A stretch of 64,000 nt of DNA from Pecten maximus (taxonomy: Eukaryota), in NCBI RefSeq assembly GCF_902652985.1, contig NC_047028.1, forward strand, positions 5,952,001 through 6,016,000, given 5' to 3'. Of this stretch, positions 52,089 to 64,000 are shown in pieces. A program made the position numbers and the translations under genes. The notes beneath the pieces are model-generated. The model saw nothing but the letters and a program-made list of their open reading frames with translations, had not been told where the DNA came from and ran no database searches. Position 1 is the first letter of the stretch, and the number at the start of each line of letters is the position of its first letter.

Positions 52089-52399
52089 CATACAGGATGA
52101 TTCCGTTTCTACCACTCAATTAACCCAATTAAGAACCTTTACAGTTATACTGACGAAGCGGAACAGATTAGATACAGGTACAGTATATAACTAAACGTAA
52201 TTCTGGGTTGAAAAAAAATGTGCGCGTTTGAGACACTGGGTTATGTTACCTCGCACAGGAGCAAGGTAACTTTCTCACATTGCACTGTTTTACTTTACTG
52301 AATATGTAATACAAAATAATGTAGGTGACAGTTTTATTTATTAGTCCTTTTCAATTATCTTGTTTACTAGTTTTAGTAGTCTTTGACTAACGGTATGAT

Positions 52400-52700
52400 G
52401 TCAATATCGGTGATATCGGCGAGTTACTTAGCACATTACACACTATTCATGACTTTATGTTCGAATGCGCCCAAGGGAGGATACTCCTGCCGTAAGAAGG
52501 CGGGAGTTATAATCGCGAAGGAAGTGGGCTAAACCAAAACAAAGAAGAATGACGTACGTGTATAGTAGGCCTATAGGCCTGTGTGTCGTACTTCTTAACA
52601 GTTAGACACCCCGATCCGGGTTGCGTTAACTGAAGGATCTTGGAATATTGCCATGTTTAAACAACCTCCGTGGAAACTTCGTTAGGGTACAGGGGCATGT
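52400..52700 (+). promoter_or_regulatory. Probable promoter and non-coding first exon of the AUNIP-like gene
   Basis: CpG-rich patch with E2F-like GGCGGGAG (52499), TCGCGA (52513) and TGACGT (52550), upstream of the acceptor at 53214/53215. Confidence 0.5.
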
Positions 52701-53232
52701 CTAGTCCGAATTTTCTGACGATCGGACTACGTAGATGCAAGGCAGCTTGGAAGGCGATATTAATATCAGAACCCTTCGGATTAGGGCATGTCTAGTCTGA
52801 TATTAAAAAATAGTAGGAATATATATATAGGTATTTCTGGCTATCTTTTAATATAAGACTAGAAATTCCCAGGCCTGTGGTTAGGGCCACAGGGATATGA
52901 CATTAGTCAGTTAACAACCATTGAATTAATATATATTCATATACTGTATCCATTCTGAAACATTATAAAAATAGGGATTATTCAGATTCAGAATTTATGA
53001 ATAGTGTTGTCACTGTTGTGGTGATTAACTGATAACGTGTTACTCGAAATCCCTGTGGTTGTACGACACATGTATGTGGGTATAAAGTGTAGCTGGGAGT
53101 GGGACCTACCTATATAACCTGTAAAATAAACTGTCATTCGAAGGCTTCAGAAACTTCATATAAATTTGACATTATATAAATAAGTGATCATGATTGACAT
53201 TTTTTTAAATTCAGATAGGCCTAGCTGTTAAT

Positions 53233-55204
53233 ATGAGTGGAATAAGAAAACAAAATGCCAATAAAAGTGTTGCAGAACAAAATGATGAGTGGCTTACAAC
53301 CAGGAATAAAAGAAAGGTTGGTACTATGGTATTTGTTGGCCATAAAAATGATAATTATTAATTAAGTCAGAGGTGAGAAATATAGCTGTTTTGTTGATGT
53401 CTGATTTGATGTACTCGTGCTACGCACTCGTGTGATATATCCGATACATCACTCGTACCCATTATGTATCTATTACGTAGCAGATCTCTTGGTGTCTGCT
53501 GAATTAGTATGGGAACTCCTACATCAAATCAGTGTGATTTCTACTGAATGAGCATGAGACTATATACATTGTAGCTACTGGTTAAATCAATGTGGGACTT
53601 TATGCAGAGTTCTTGTTTCACAATTTGTAACTATGTTGGATCATCACTCTTTCCATTTCTGTCTTTGTGGATGTTCCCTACTGCAGTATCAGACCTCATT
53701 ATCATAGTCTTGTTACATTTTGTATAACAGGCACCGCCAAGTCAAAGACCCCTGAAAAAACACAAGGCTTACTCAGGTCCGCTGAGGGAGTCTACAAGGG
53801 AAAACCAACTGTTTTTATTGACCCAGAACTCGCCACCTCCTCCCCAGCTCAAGACATGCACCAAGCAGAGTGATATAAAGTCATTTTTCAAGTCACCAAA
53901 TCTAACGGGTAATTGTTGTATTTCAGGATTTTGCTCTTATTTTTATATTTTGGTTTTTGAATCAGCTAGTTAAGTTTGGTTTTGTATTGTTTATCCTATC
54001 AACAGCTATGTCATTTAAGGTGAATATGAGTCCCATGTGGCCTGTATCCATCTCATTATATTAGCGATGATCAGGATGATAATTATAAATTTTATACCAA
54101 ATTACATGTATAAAGTATATTGCTATATAAAATGGTCGTTTGAAAATAAATCCTTTTTTCACTTGCATCATACTTGTCCGTACATCACCAACAGGTTTTC
54201 TATACTACTAGATGCTTCATACAAAATAATGTTAAAATCCTTTACTGTACTTACAGATTAGTATATTAAGATTTAAACACTCTTTAACTATTGGGAACTC
54301 TCCCTAGTGGGGTAAACAATCTCCTCATCCATTTAAATATATCATTAACAAATGATCAGTTTTAAATAATTGAAATCCTTTTATAATTTGAATTTTCATT
54401 TCAGATCACCCTGATAAGGAAAAATTTCCAGTGCGATCACTTTTTGAAGATGAGATATCCAATCATGTAATCTGTTCTTCTGATGACTCGGACGATGAAA
54501 ATGTCAAAGAAAACTTGAACATCTGTGGGAAGGGCAGGTCTAGGTTACTCAGGAGTCCTACAGATAAGGGAGATAATTCTGCAAGTAAACAAATCCAAGA
54601 CAGGAAAGGTGAAGATAGTAAACTTCAGCAAGTGCTGTGTGTCGAAAATGAAAGTACGGATGATTTCCTTCACAAGGGGGAAGATGTGATTAATTCACCA
54701 ACCAAGAGAACCGATTGTGGAATACTAACAGAACAGTATGTTAAATTTCAAAGTAAGATGCAGAGAAGAGTTTTAATACAGACAGATCCTTACAGAGATA
54801 AATCTGTTCCATCCACAAATATGAATAGTGTTCAGATGCCTTCCATGCATAACGAGAATGACAGGTTTTATAAAGGCAGGTGTGAAACAGACCCGGAACA
54901 GGAATGTTTAAAACAGGAAAAGAAACTTTGTGAGGAAGACAGTGAGGCCAGTGAAACAGAAATTAGTTTCAGAAATTGTCAAATATTGGCAGCAAATAGA
55001 AACTCAAAAGAAAAACTATTAACATGTGACAGATCTACATGTAAAGTTTGCTGTGATTACCAAACAGAAAGTTTGACATTTACTTGTGAAAATCAACATT
55101 CTACAGACACTGACCCATCAAACCACTCTCGTCTCATCAACTCGGAGGAAGCTGACCAAGAACTTGAGAATTTTTCTTTGTCCTTGAATACACAATATAC
55201 TTGA
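53233..55204 (+). CDS. Probable AUNIP-like (Aurora A/ninein-interacting) disordered protein with a PIP-box-like motif, 3 coding exons, 353 aa
   Basis: Exons 53233-53316, 53731-53908 and 54405-55204 join in frame. N-terminal DEWLTTRNKRK..LLTQ..CTKQSDIKSFF follows the WL..KRRK..FTQ..QxSIxSFF pattern I recall for AUNIP, then an acidic low-complexity body. The gene model is well supported; the name is inference. Confidence 0.6.
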
Positions 55205-55785
55205 AATATGTTGTTTTTTATCATTTGTGGTGAAAGATGACAAAAACCAAATTTTTAGTTGAGACTGACCAGATCTCAACAAGAGTTGGTTATTCTGCAG
55301 TATGTTCAAGGATACATGTACATATGCATCATGTCATCCAAGTTTTAACTAAAAACAATTCTTCATCGATTAGATAAATGCTTTATTAAAGATTTATTCC
55401 ATTTTTTTTGTTTTGTTTCATGTGAGATTTTATCATCCAATCTTCCAAACATATAAAACCTAAACCAGTGTGTCCACCCATCTATAAACAAATACAGATG
55501 TAACTGCAGAGATTTTGTATACATTATTGTATTTGAAAAAGAGAACTCAAATTTCTATTTTACACCTTGTACTATCCTCATGCCAATGTGTACAATTTGG
55601 TAGACTTGGATGTCTAAATTTTAGTTTGAAGGGTCTGGGTCTGGGCTCATTATCCGTTTACTTTATATTTGTTACACCTAATTAATATATAAGTATTTAT
55701 CTATTAAATCTGCAAACAACATTGTAAAGATGTATGATTATGATGATCTTTCTCGATTGACAATAACACTTTCTAATACATATAC

Positions 55786-56082
55786 CACAGGCGTCCGATT
55801 GTGGTATTTATAGAAAAAATAGCCCCTATTACTATAACAACAAGGTGTAACACTTGCAGATCAGACAAATAAAACACATGCATTGATATTTAAGGATTCT
55901 TAACCAAGGTGCATTACTGAAGTTTGTGTGCATTTGATATTTCAGTCGGATTGAACTTAAATTCGAAGTGAATCGAAGCTCAACCCCCACTTCCGACTTT
56001 TCAAGTATTACACATTGTTGTTATAGTAGGAGTAGGGGCTAGTACTTTTTCTATTAATACTAACCAGAAGCATATGCCTGTG
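55786..56082. mobile_element. MITE with ~80-bp imperfect TIRs, between the convergent 3' ends
   Basis: Left arm cacaggc..tagaaaaaatagcccctattactataacaacaaggtgtaacacttg is matched by right arm caagtattacacattgttgttatagtaggagtaggggctagtactttttcta..gcctgtg. Confidence 0.8.
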
Positions 56083-56354
56083 TATATATTTACCCATGAC
56101 ATCTAGCAATTTCAAAAAGTCAAATCATAGATTTAAGGATCAAGTCAAAATTTAAACTGATCACAAAATAGATGTGTCTTTGCAAATTTATACAAGATTC
56201 AAGGCTAATTTGGGCACGTAAAATCATATCAATGCTCTCAGTAAGTGAAAGTCTTGAAAGGCTTTATAGTACACATATACTGAATTCTGTTCTTGTTTGA
56301 CTGCATTGACACGTCTTTATAAGTAATAATGTCCCCATCCATCTACAATCCTCC

Positions 56355-59300
56355 TCAGTCAATCACTTCTCCCTCTAGTTTCTTTTTCCGTAGCATTGTA
56401 AGACGTTCTATCCAGCGCTTCATTTTCTCATCAGGGTCAACATGTAGCTGGAAATATAAACAGACATTGAATCCTGTCCTAATAAAAGTCTGGGTCATTT
56501 ATTAAAAAATTAAAACATGTTTGTAAAACATTGCATATATGATGTGAATGAATTTGAACTTAATCTAAACGCAAAAAGGAAATCCATGTAAAATATCAGT
56601 ACTTTATCTCAAATTAGTGCATGACAAACTCAACAAAACTTCTAAACCAAAACCTTCAACCTGAAGATAGTTGTCAAATATTCCAAACATGTCAAATACA
56701 AACAAAAATGTAACTTCCCAGTATTGAAGTGTTTCAAACAAATAACAAGTATTCCATTCGTATTGTGCATATCTAAGACTGAAAACTAGAAAACTAAATG
56801 TTTCAGATGGCGGACGAAGGGTAACACTTTATGCTTCTGACCAGCTCGTGACAGAGTTATGAAAAATGAGATCATATGACTTCTCATATTACATGACACA
56901 GATGTAAGATCCTCCAGTATCGATACATCTGACAGAATGACTTACATTAGGATGAGAGAGTGTGTTCAGGTCGTGTATAATGAGAGGTTTCCGGGGTGTC
57001 ATGTCAGCTCGGATTTCACCAGCAGTTCCAAACAGGAAGTCGTCTTTCTTATCATCAGTATTGGGGCGGTCCTACAAAAATATATATCATACCGGAACAT
57101 CAACAATAAAAATAATGTAAAACAACTATCTTTCACTTTGATGCTGTCTCTTCTATCATTGTGTATTAAAATTGATGTTTTGTTATTGACTTTTCCATCT
57201 GAAGAACAGCACTGAAGAAATTAACTAAATTGTGAGGAATTGAAGCTAATTACTGGGTATCTAATTTTAACTGTGTCCAAAAACTGGTACTGACTTCATA
57301 AAATTTGTCTTAGTAAGAATTGATTCAGAAGCTAATTTAGGAGTATCCTCCCCTAACGGACCCATAGTAATCATATCTTCAAAGGTTCAATTAAAAACCT
57401 ACTGATCTGGTTGACTTGAAACTTGTAGGTACAAAGGTGGAGCTCTCTATGTCTTTCACTGCGCTGGAGAATTTCATCTGATCCTCCACTGTAGATGCCC
57501 CACCAAACTGGCTCTCTTTTATCTGGTCCTTGATCCTCTCATCTGCTGCAGCTGTGTAAGTTAAGAAAGTGACACAAATATATATATACAAGACAGTTTC
57601 CAAGTAAATGGATTTATTTGACAACTATAATTATTGATGATCATGTTGAACTCCACCAAATTGTCTTTTATTTCACACTACATGTATGTGTACACACTGA
57701 TCTTTTTTAAGAAATACAGACTTTAATCTCAAGTCAAATTATCTACTGATTATTCAAATGTCTGGCTTATCACAATAAGTGTTGAAATAGTCATGAATTA
57801 TCAATTTTAAGACGATAATAAACCCTTGAGAGTTATACAAGGAACTTGAACCATCAAATATCAAACTAACCAGCAGCCTTTAGTGCCAACTGCAGCCTTA
57901 GCTTTGTCTGCTCAGCAGGTGTCTGAAAGTAAAAACACAATAATTCTAAATGGTCTAAATGAAAAGTTCATAATTTCAAACAGGTATATGGTTCTATTAT
58001 TTAAAGAACAAATATTATTTTTGTGTCATTTTCAACACCATACAAAATACATGTAGTGAATCTGTGTAGTTCATAAGGCAGGAAATTATAGGAGATAACA
58101 AATTATAAGTACTGAGATTTGATAGATACCCAGCCATACACTGTCCTTATAATACACATGGATTTGGTAGATACCCAGCCATACACTGTACTTATAATAC
58201 CTGGGAATTTGGTAGATACCTAGCCATACACTGTACTTATAATACCTGGGAATTTGGTAGATACCTAGCCATACACTGTCCTTATAATACACATGGATTT
58301 GGTAGATACCCTAGCTATACACTGTACTTATAATACACAGGGATTTGGTAGATACCCAGCCATACACTGTACTTATAATACCTGGGAATTTGGTAGATAC
58401 CTAGCCATACACTGTCCTTATAATACCCAGGGATTTGGTTGATACCCAGCCATACACTGTACTTATAATACACAGGGATTTGGTAGATACCCAGCCATAC
58501 ACTGTACTTATAATACACAGGGTTTTGGTAGATAACTAGCCATACACTGTACTTATAATACACAGGGATTTGGTAGATACCTAGCCATACACTGTACTTA
58601 TAATACCCGGGGATTTGGTAGATACCAGGCCATGCACTGTATTTATAATACACAGGGATTTGGTAGATACCCAGCCATACACTGTACTTATAATACACAG
58701 GGATTTGGTAGATACCCAGCCATACACTGTCCTTATAATACACACGGATTTGGTAGATACCTCACCATACACTGTCCTTATAATACACAGGGATTTGGTA
58801 GATACCCAGCCATACACTGTACTTATAATAAACATGGAATCGGTAGATACCCAGCCATACACTGTACTTATAATACACACAGATTTGGTAGATTCCCAGC
58901 CATACACTGTACTTATAATACACAGGGACTTGGTAGATACCCAGCCATACACTGTACTTATAATACACAGGGATTTGGTAGATACCCAGCCATACACTGT
59001 CCTTATAATACACAGGGATTTGGTAGATACCCAGCCATACACTGTACTTATAATACACATGGATTTGGTAGATACCCAGCCATACACTGTACTTATAATA
59101 CACAGGGATTTGGTAGATACCCAGCCATACACTGTCCTTATAATACACAGGGATTTGGTAGATACCCAGCCATACACTGTCCTTATAATACACAGGGATT
59201 TGGTAGATACCCAGCCATACACTGTACTTATAATACACACAGATTTGGTAGATACTTGTCTTTATAATACACAGGAATTTGGTAGATACCTGTCTTTATA

Positions 59301-62300
59301 ATACCTGGGGATTTGGTAGATACCCAGCCTTTGAATCCTTATAATACACATATAAATCTGTGAGTGCTGGAGATTAGTCTCTGTGATCATACACTCTGCA
59401 TATTCAGGTACAAGTCATATAACATTTTATATATAATATACAGGTATTGTTTTGTTTTGAAATGATCTAAGGTAGCTCCATACTTGATATAGAAGTAGTT
59501 TTAATGAGGGAGTTTTAATCTTAACAACAATAATGTTTTGTCAGTGCCAGTTATATCTTACCATATCATGGAAACCAGGAATCATTTCAGCAGGATCTCT
59601 GGAAAAATATGCGTATCTTAGGTTTATAAATGCTTACTGTAAATGTGTTAGTTCTAGACCATAGAAGTTAGTAGAAATAGTAAGCTGTTGTCTGTATTAA
59701 CTAATAATGATTAGGATCTGGCTTTAGTTAAAGTCCATTGAAAAATGACACTGTACTTATACATGCTATTGCCAAAATTGGTTTTATCAAACATGTATGT
59801 GCTATATTATGAATTGTGAAAATTTCACAAAAATATGCAGTAAAGCACTTACTGATATAGCCATGACTTATATTATACTTGACATGAAAAGATGATCAGA
59901 TATATTTTTCTTTATTATCATTTTACAGAATGATGGCAAAATTGCTTTGATTACAAGTTTTGTTTCTGACTGCGACCTGATAGAAATTAATGGTGGGCTT
60001 ACTCTTTGCTGTCCTTTCCCTTCGATGAGGAAGACGGACTTGCAGAGTTGTACCTACTGGAACCTTTCACTCTCTCTATCGATCTTGACCTCCTGAATAA
60101 TCAAAAACAAATATTGGTACAATTTATTGCAGTAAATTGTGAATCATGATACATAATTTATCATCAGCATCAAATCTTAAATAATTGTTAAATGAAGTGC
60201 AATGGAAAATCTCTGCTGGAAATCTATTTTTCATGAAGGTATTACCATGTTCCCTCTATTGTAAAAATCCTATTTTTGACACAAAAATTGTGTCAGTAAC
60301 TGTACAGTCAAAATGACCCTTATTTCTAAATTAGAAAAATCTCAAATAACTGTCTTTCTGCTCTCCTCGCATATGTACTATCCTGCAGGTTTTGATCTTG
60401 TTAACTAGGTGATTTTACATTAGGGTCAAGGTAATATGGAATTGATTAAATAAATTCAGTAGTTTGATGTGTCAATATGAGCTTTTTGATAATATATTTG
60501 ATTATTTAACAAGTTCATATTTCAGTATTTAGCATATATATATAACTCATATCTATAGAAAAGCTATAACTCTCAAATTTCTCTATAAGACTTTCTTTCA
60601 AAATATTTTATTGTCAAGTATAAAAACAAGGTATTTTTACATAGAATATCATCAAGATTTGGTGTTGGCAAAAGAGATTGGACAACAGACTCAGCCTTTA
60701 TTAGTCCATATCTCTCTATAAGACCAACTGGCTTTGACTCAAAAAGTATGCTTTTCACAGTGGAGACAATTAACTAACACCATAAATCTACATATGTATG
60801 ACTGTGTGTCTTATGATATTCATGACACTGCTGTGGTTACAGAACCAGATAGGTGAAAAATACCTTTTTGGTTTTGATTTATATCTGTCCGGAGTCCTTG
60901 ACCTTGACCTCTGATATCGCTCTCTTGACCTTGAACGTCGGTAACTGTGACCTCTGCTACCAGATCTAGATCTTCTCCTGCTGGAATACCTTTCCCTACT
61001 TCTTGATCTTGAATAACGATCTATGCTTCTTGACCTCCGACGGTGACCTCTACTGCGTGACCTTGACCTTCTGTCTCTTCCTCTTGAAATGGATCTTGAT
61101 CGTCTTCTTGATTTCGATGATTTACTCTTCTTGTGTTTATAGCTTACATAGCTACTGTCTGAACCACTGAGTGACCTTAAAGGTAAGAAATAACTGGGTG
61201 CAAAATTGTAACAAGTTAACATTACAAATATTGATCATCTGTAGGTCCTCTAAAATTTTTCTTCTTTACAATTGTTGGAGACAAATATATCCTTTTGTCA
61301 GAATAATCTTCTTTAACCTAATGATATTTGTTTTTTCTTTAACTATTCACAAGTACTCAACACAATATGTATATTTTGTTTTATACTTCAAAAATGCTTG
61401 TCTAAAATAATCCCTCAAAATACAATTATTGATTTAGGAAATCAATATGTGGTCAATAGAAATGGAAAAAGAGTACTTTCGTTTTACATCGCTACAGGCC
61501 TTGCAGATTTTGTTACGTTATTATGATTATAATTACATTGTATTCAATTAAATTTTCTCTCTCTGGCTATTTTGGTAGCATTACCGTACTTTGGGATATT
61601 TTGGATGTGGTTATATTTTGGTGAATGAGCCAAAATTAAAAAAAACAAAATTTCACAAAAAAAAAAATTGTCGGAACAATATACGGATTATAGCAACTGT
61701 CTTTCCATTCATTTACTACATACCCATTTCTAGCTTCCGCGATCTGTGTTGATATGTGTTGGAATATTGTTTTTTGATAAAAATGCATCAATAAAAGTAT
61801 GTTTTTATCTAAATGTGTCATAAAATTCATTCACATTGTTTTGATATTGAGTATTAGGTGTGTTCATTGACAAGTCACGTCGCGACTAATCGATTAACTT
61901 GTGTACAAAGCGAAGACTGTTTTCCTGTGCAACCAGGTGAGAGGAAATACAAAAGGCTTATACTGATATGTTCTCAGAAAATACCTATTCAAACAAAGGC
62001 TATATCTCAGGAAGGTGATCAAATCCTGTCACAGAGCTTTTAATCCCTGTGTACGTGTCCACGCCACATGGCTTCTAAATATGTAGACTTTCGTAGCGTA
62101 ATGAACAAACGTATCAATTACATAACTACAGGTAAGTGCCAAAATTTAACACACATGATGGTTAACGCCAAAATCTGATGCACCAATATTTAACCACCCT
62201 ATTTTGAGCAAAAAAGCCAAATTTTCAAATATCCAAAAGTACGGTAATGCTATGTAAAATGTATAATAATTATACAGCAAAAGCAATTACTGGCAGAGTT

Positions 62301-62465
62301 TACTGTTTCAATTAATTTGAGAGTAATTATATAAAGGAATTTCAAAATAAATAGAGGCACAGATTCCCACAATATAACATGAGCAGTATACTTTGATCTT
62401 GATCTCTTCTTCTTTTTCTTCTTTCTCTTTTTTCTGTCATCATCACTGTCAGAATGTCGTCCCAT
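56355..62465 (-). CDS. RSRC1: Arginine/serine-rich coiled-coil protein 1 (SRrp53)-like, 8 coding exons, 310 aa
   Basis: Exons 62465-62392, 61175-60864, 60092-60003, 59598-59562, 57922-57871, 57551-57403, 57071-56946 and 56447-56355 give 933 nt in frame. Motifs: MGRHSDSDDDRKKRKKKKK, an RS domain, TPAEQTKLRLQLALKAAAAADE, DIESSTFVPTSFKS, LSHPNL..KRWIERLTMLRKKKL. Confidence 0.85.
58115..59330. repeat. 42-bp minisatellite, ~29 copies, in an RSRC1 intron
   Basis: Unit gatttggtagatacccagccatacactgtacttataatacacagg-type. It explains ORFs 58086-59301. Confidence 0.97.
61584..62244. mobile_element. Non-autonomous Tc1/mariner-pogo-type element with TA TSD
   Basis: TA|CCGTACTTTGGGATATTT ... AAATATCCAAAAGTACGG|TA, with no transposase ORF inside. 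Confidence 0.75.
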
Positions 62466-62682
62466 TTGTGTTCGCTTGTTCTATCCAATTATAGTGACAT
62501 TTCTCTGTGGGGAAGAAAAATTGTAGAATAAATTAAAATCAGAAATATGTTATTTATAATGCCAACATGACCAAATAAACTCCGTAAGCATGCAACAATT
62601 TTCCATAAAAAAATATAATTAAGGGACATATATATATGCTATAGATCTTCCATTAAGTTTCCATCACATGTACAGTTATATT

Positions 62683-62733
62683 TAGCCCGAGTTTTCTCTG
62701 GCATGGTGACAGGGCCAGAGAAAACTCGGGCTA
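62683..62733. mobile_element. 51-bp palindromic MITE with perfect 9-bp TSD (family copy 3)
   Basis: TAGCCCGAGTTTTCTCTGGC..GCCAGAGAAAACTCGGGCTA, flanked by AGTTATATT on both sides. Confidence 0.9.
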
Positions 62734-63393
62734 AGTTATATTTTGTCATCTTTACACAAAAATAGTGTAATAAATAGTACATGTATTTACTTACTGCTAC
62801 AAATTAAAAGAAAAGAAAAAACATATTCCCATTCATTAATATCTTAATTCAATTGTGCATTCTTTCAATATACTGTCAAAAAAATAACACTAAGGAAGCA
62901 ACAGTCTGTGGACAAACTAGACAGCACATCACTTCTTTATTATTGTTCTATAGTTTATCATATGGTTATTTTTAAGGAGATCGTTATTGGCTTTCTGTAC
63001 ACAATTGTTTATCCTCTGAGCACTGGGACATGTATTATGTAAAGCCAAATCATAAAATTAGCTAGAAAAACGGAACGTGGAATTTGTGCACTCTCTCTAA
63101 ACTTGAAGAACGTTCCTAACATGTTTGCTTTCTGTAAATAACTACAAAACTAGAATGGCCAGAACATGGCGACCAGATTTGAAAATGTGGAATATGTGTA
63201 CAACGAGCACAGTTAGACAGTTTTCTCGTGCCGATTCCATACCATACCTTCGGATTTTTGTAGTGATCAATGTGATTATATTGTTTAATTGTGTCACTTT
63301 GATTTACGTTATAGTTAAACGCACAAATGAGCAAGACGTGTTCAGGTGCATTCGATTACATATATGAAATCGCAGTCCGTCCGTAAACAACAG

Positions 63394-63615
63394 GGGCCTG
63401 TTCGTTTATTTAATGAAATATTTCAAACATATATCTTGACGGACCTGTGAATGTAAATACCGGCCTTGGAAGTCTTTGTCCAGGCTCGTCTGGAAAAAAA
63501 TATAAAATCACCAGGTCCGTCTTTATTTCATAAACGAACAACACCGGTCCAACTGTTTGGGCCGTTTTCGTATTTGCAGTCCAAACGATTGGACTAGTCG
63601 GACCGGTGTTGTTTA
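63394..63615. mobile_element. MITE copy related to 44222-44390, with its right end inverted
   Basis: Shares the internal block with 44222-44390. After ggtccaactg it continues with gggccgttttcgtatttgcagtccaaacg..ggaccggtgttgtt, the reverse complement of the other copy's right end. Confidence 0.7.
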
Positions 63616-64000
63616 ATTTAATTTAATTTTTCGGCATAGCCGTATAATATTCTTTTGGCGCGACAGGTGGCGTTACTGGTCAAGATGAAATATGTGATTA
63701 GTCAATGCAGCGGTCAATGTAAAATGCAGATATGCAGTTAAAAACGAAACAAAGTTAAGATTGAATGCAAGCTGAATAAGTGGATGCATCTTTTCAAGTG
63801 ACACACTAATAAAATTATATTCCTGATTCAAATGAAGTTTTGTTATCACCAAAAATGATTCAAACTGATATAATTTTGTTATCCGTGCTGAAACGCATTT
63901 GTTCCTTGATTTATTTCACCAGCAACTTTACATCATACTACCAGTGTTGAGTTCCTTCACTGGATTGTTCTGGTCGTTACGAATTAAATCAAGCGCATTG

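Noticed and set aside
52690-52800. p53 response element (GGGCATGTCT twice)
   Set aside because: Only isolated half-sites ~90 bp apart within a short direct duplication; there is no adjacent pair.
58086-59301. Long periodic ORFs (142-228 aa) in several frames
   Set aside because: They arise from a 42-bp minisatellite whose unit length is divisible by 3, within an RSRC1 intron.

Overview
AT-rich, intron-rich animal genomic DNA. The repeat families and gene style suggest a bivalve mollusc such as an oyster; this is inference. I reconstructed four spliced host genes by hand, with GT-AG boundaries and consistent exon phases. (1) The 5' part of WDR44 (- strand, 13 exons, continuing beyond position 1) lies head-to-head with (2) a complete 16-exon FMR1/FXR-family gene (+, 718 aa). 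(3) A probable AUNIP-like PIP-box protein (+, 353 aa) converges on (4) an 8-exon RSRC1-like SR protein (-, 310 aa). A WDR44 intron holds a three-level nest. A satellite-cored repeat is split at a TTAA by an apparently intact 5.0-kb piggyBac with perfect 16-bp TIRs and a 569-aa transposase broken by four spliceosomal introns. The piggyBac in turn carries a 112-bp TGT..ACA tRNA-derived insert and a possible convergent spliced transcription unit. The FMR1 KH2 variable-loop intron contains candidate mutually exclusive microexons. The rest is MITEs (including a 51-100 bp family with 9-bp TSDs), LINE fragments and many unrelated minisatellites. No database searches could be run; gene names come from recognising motifs.
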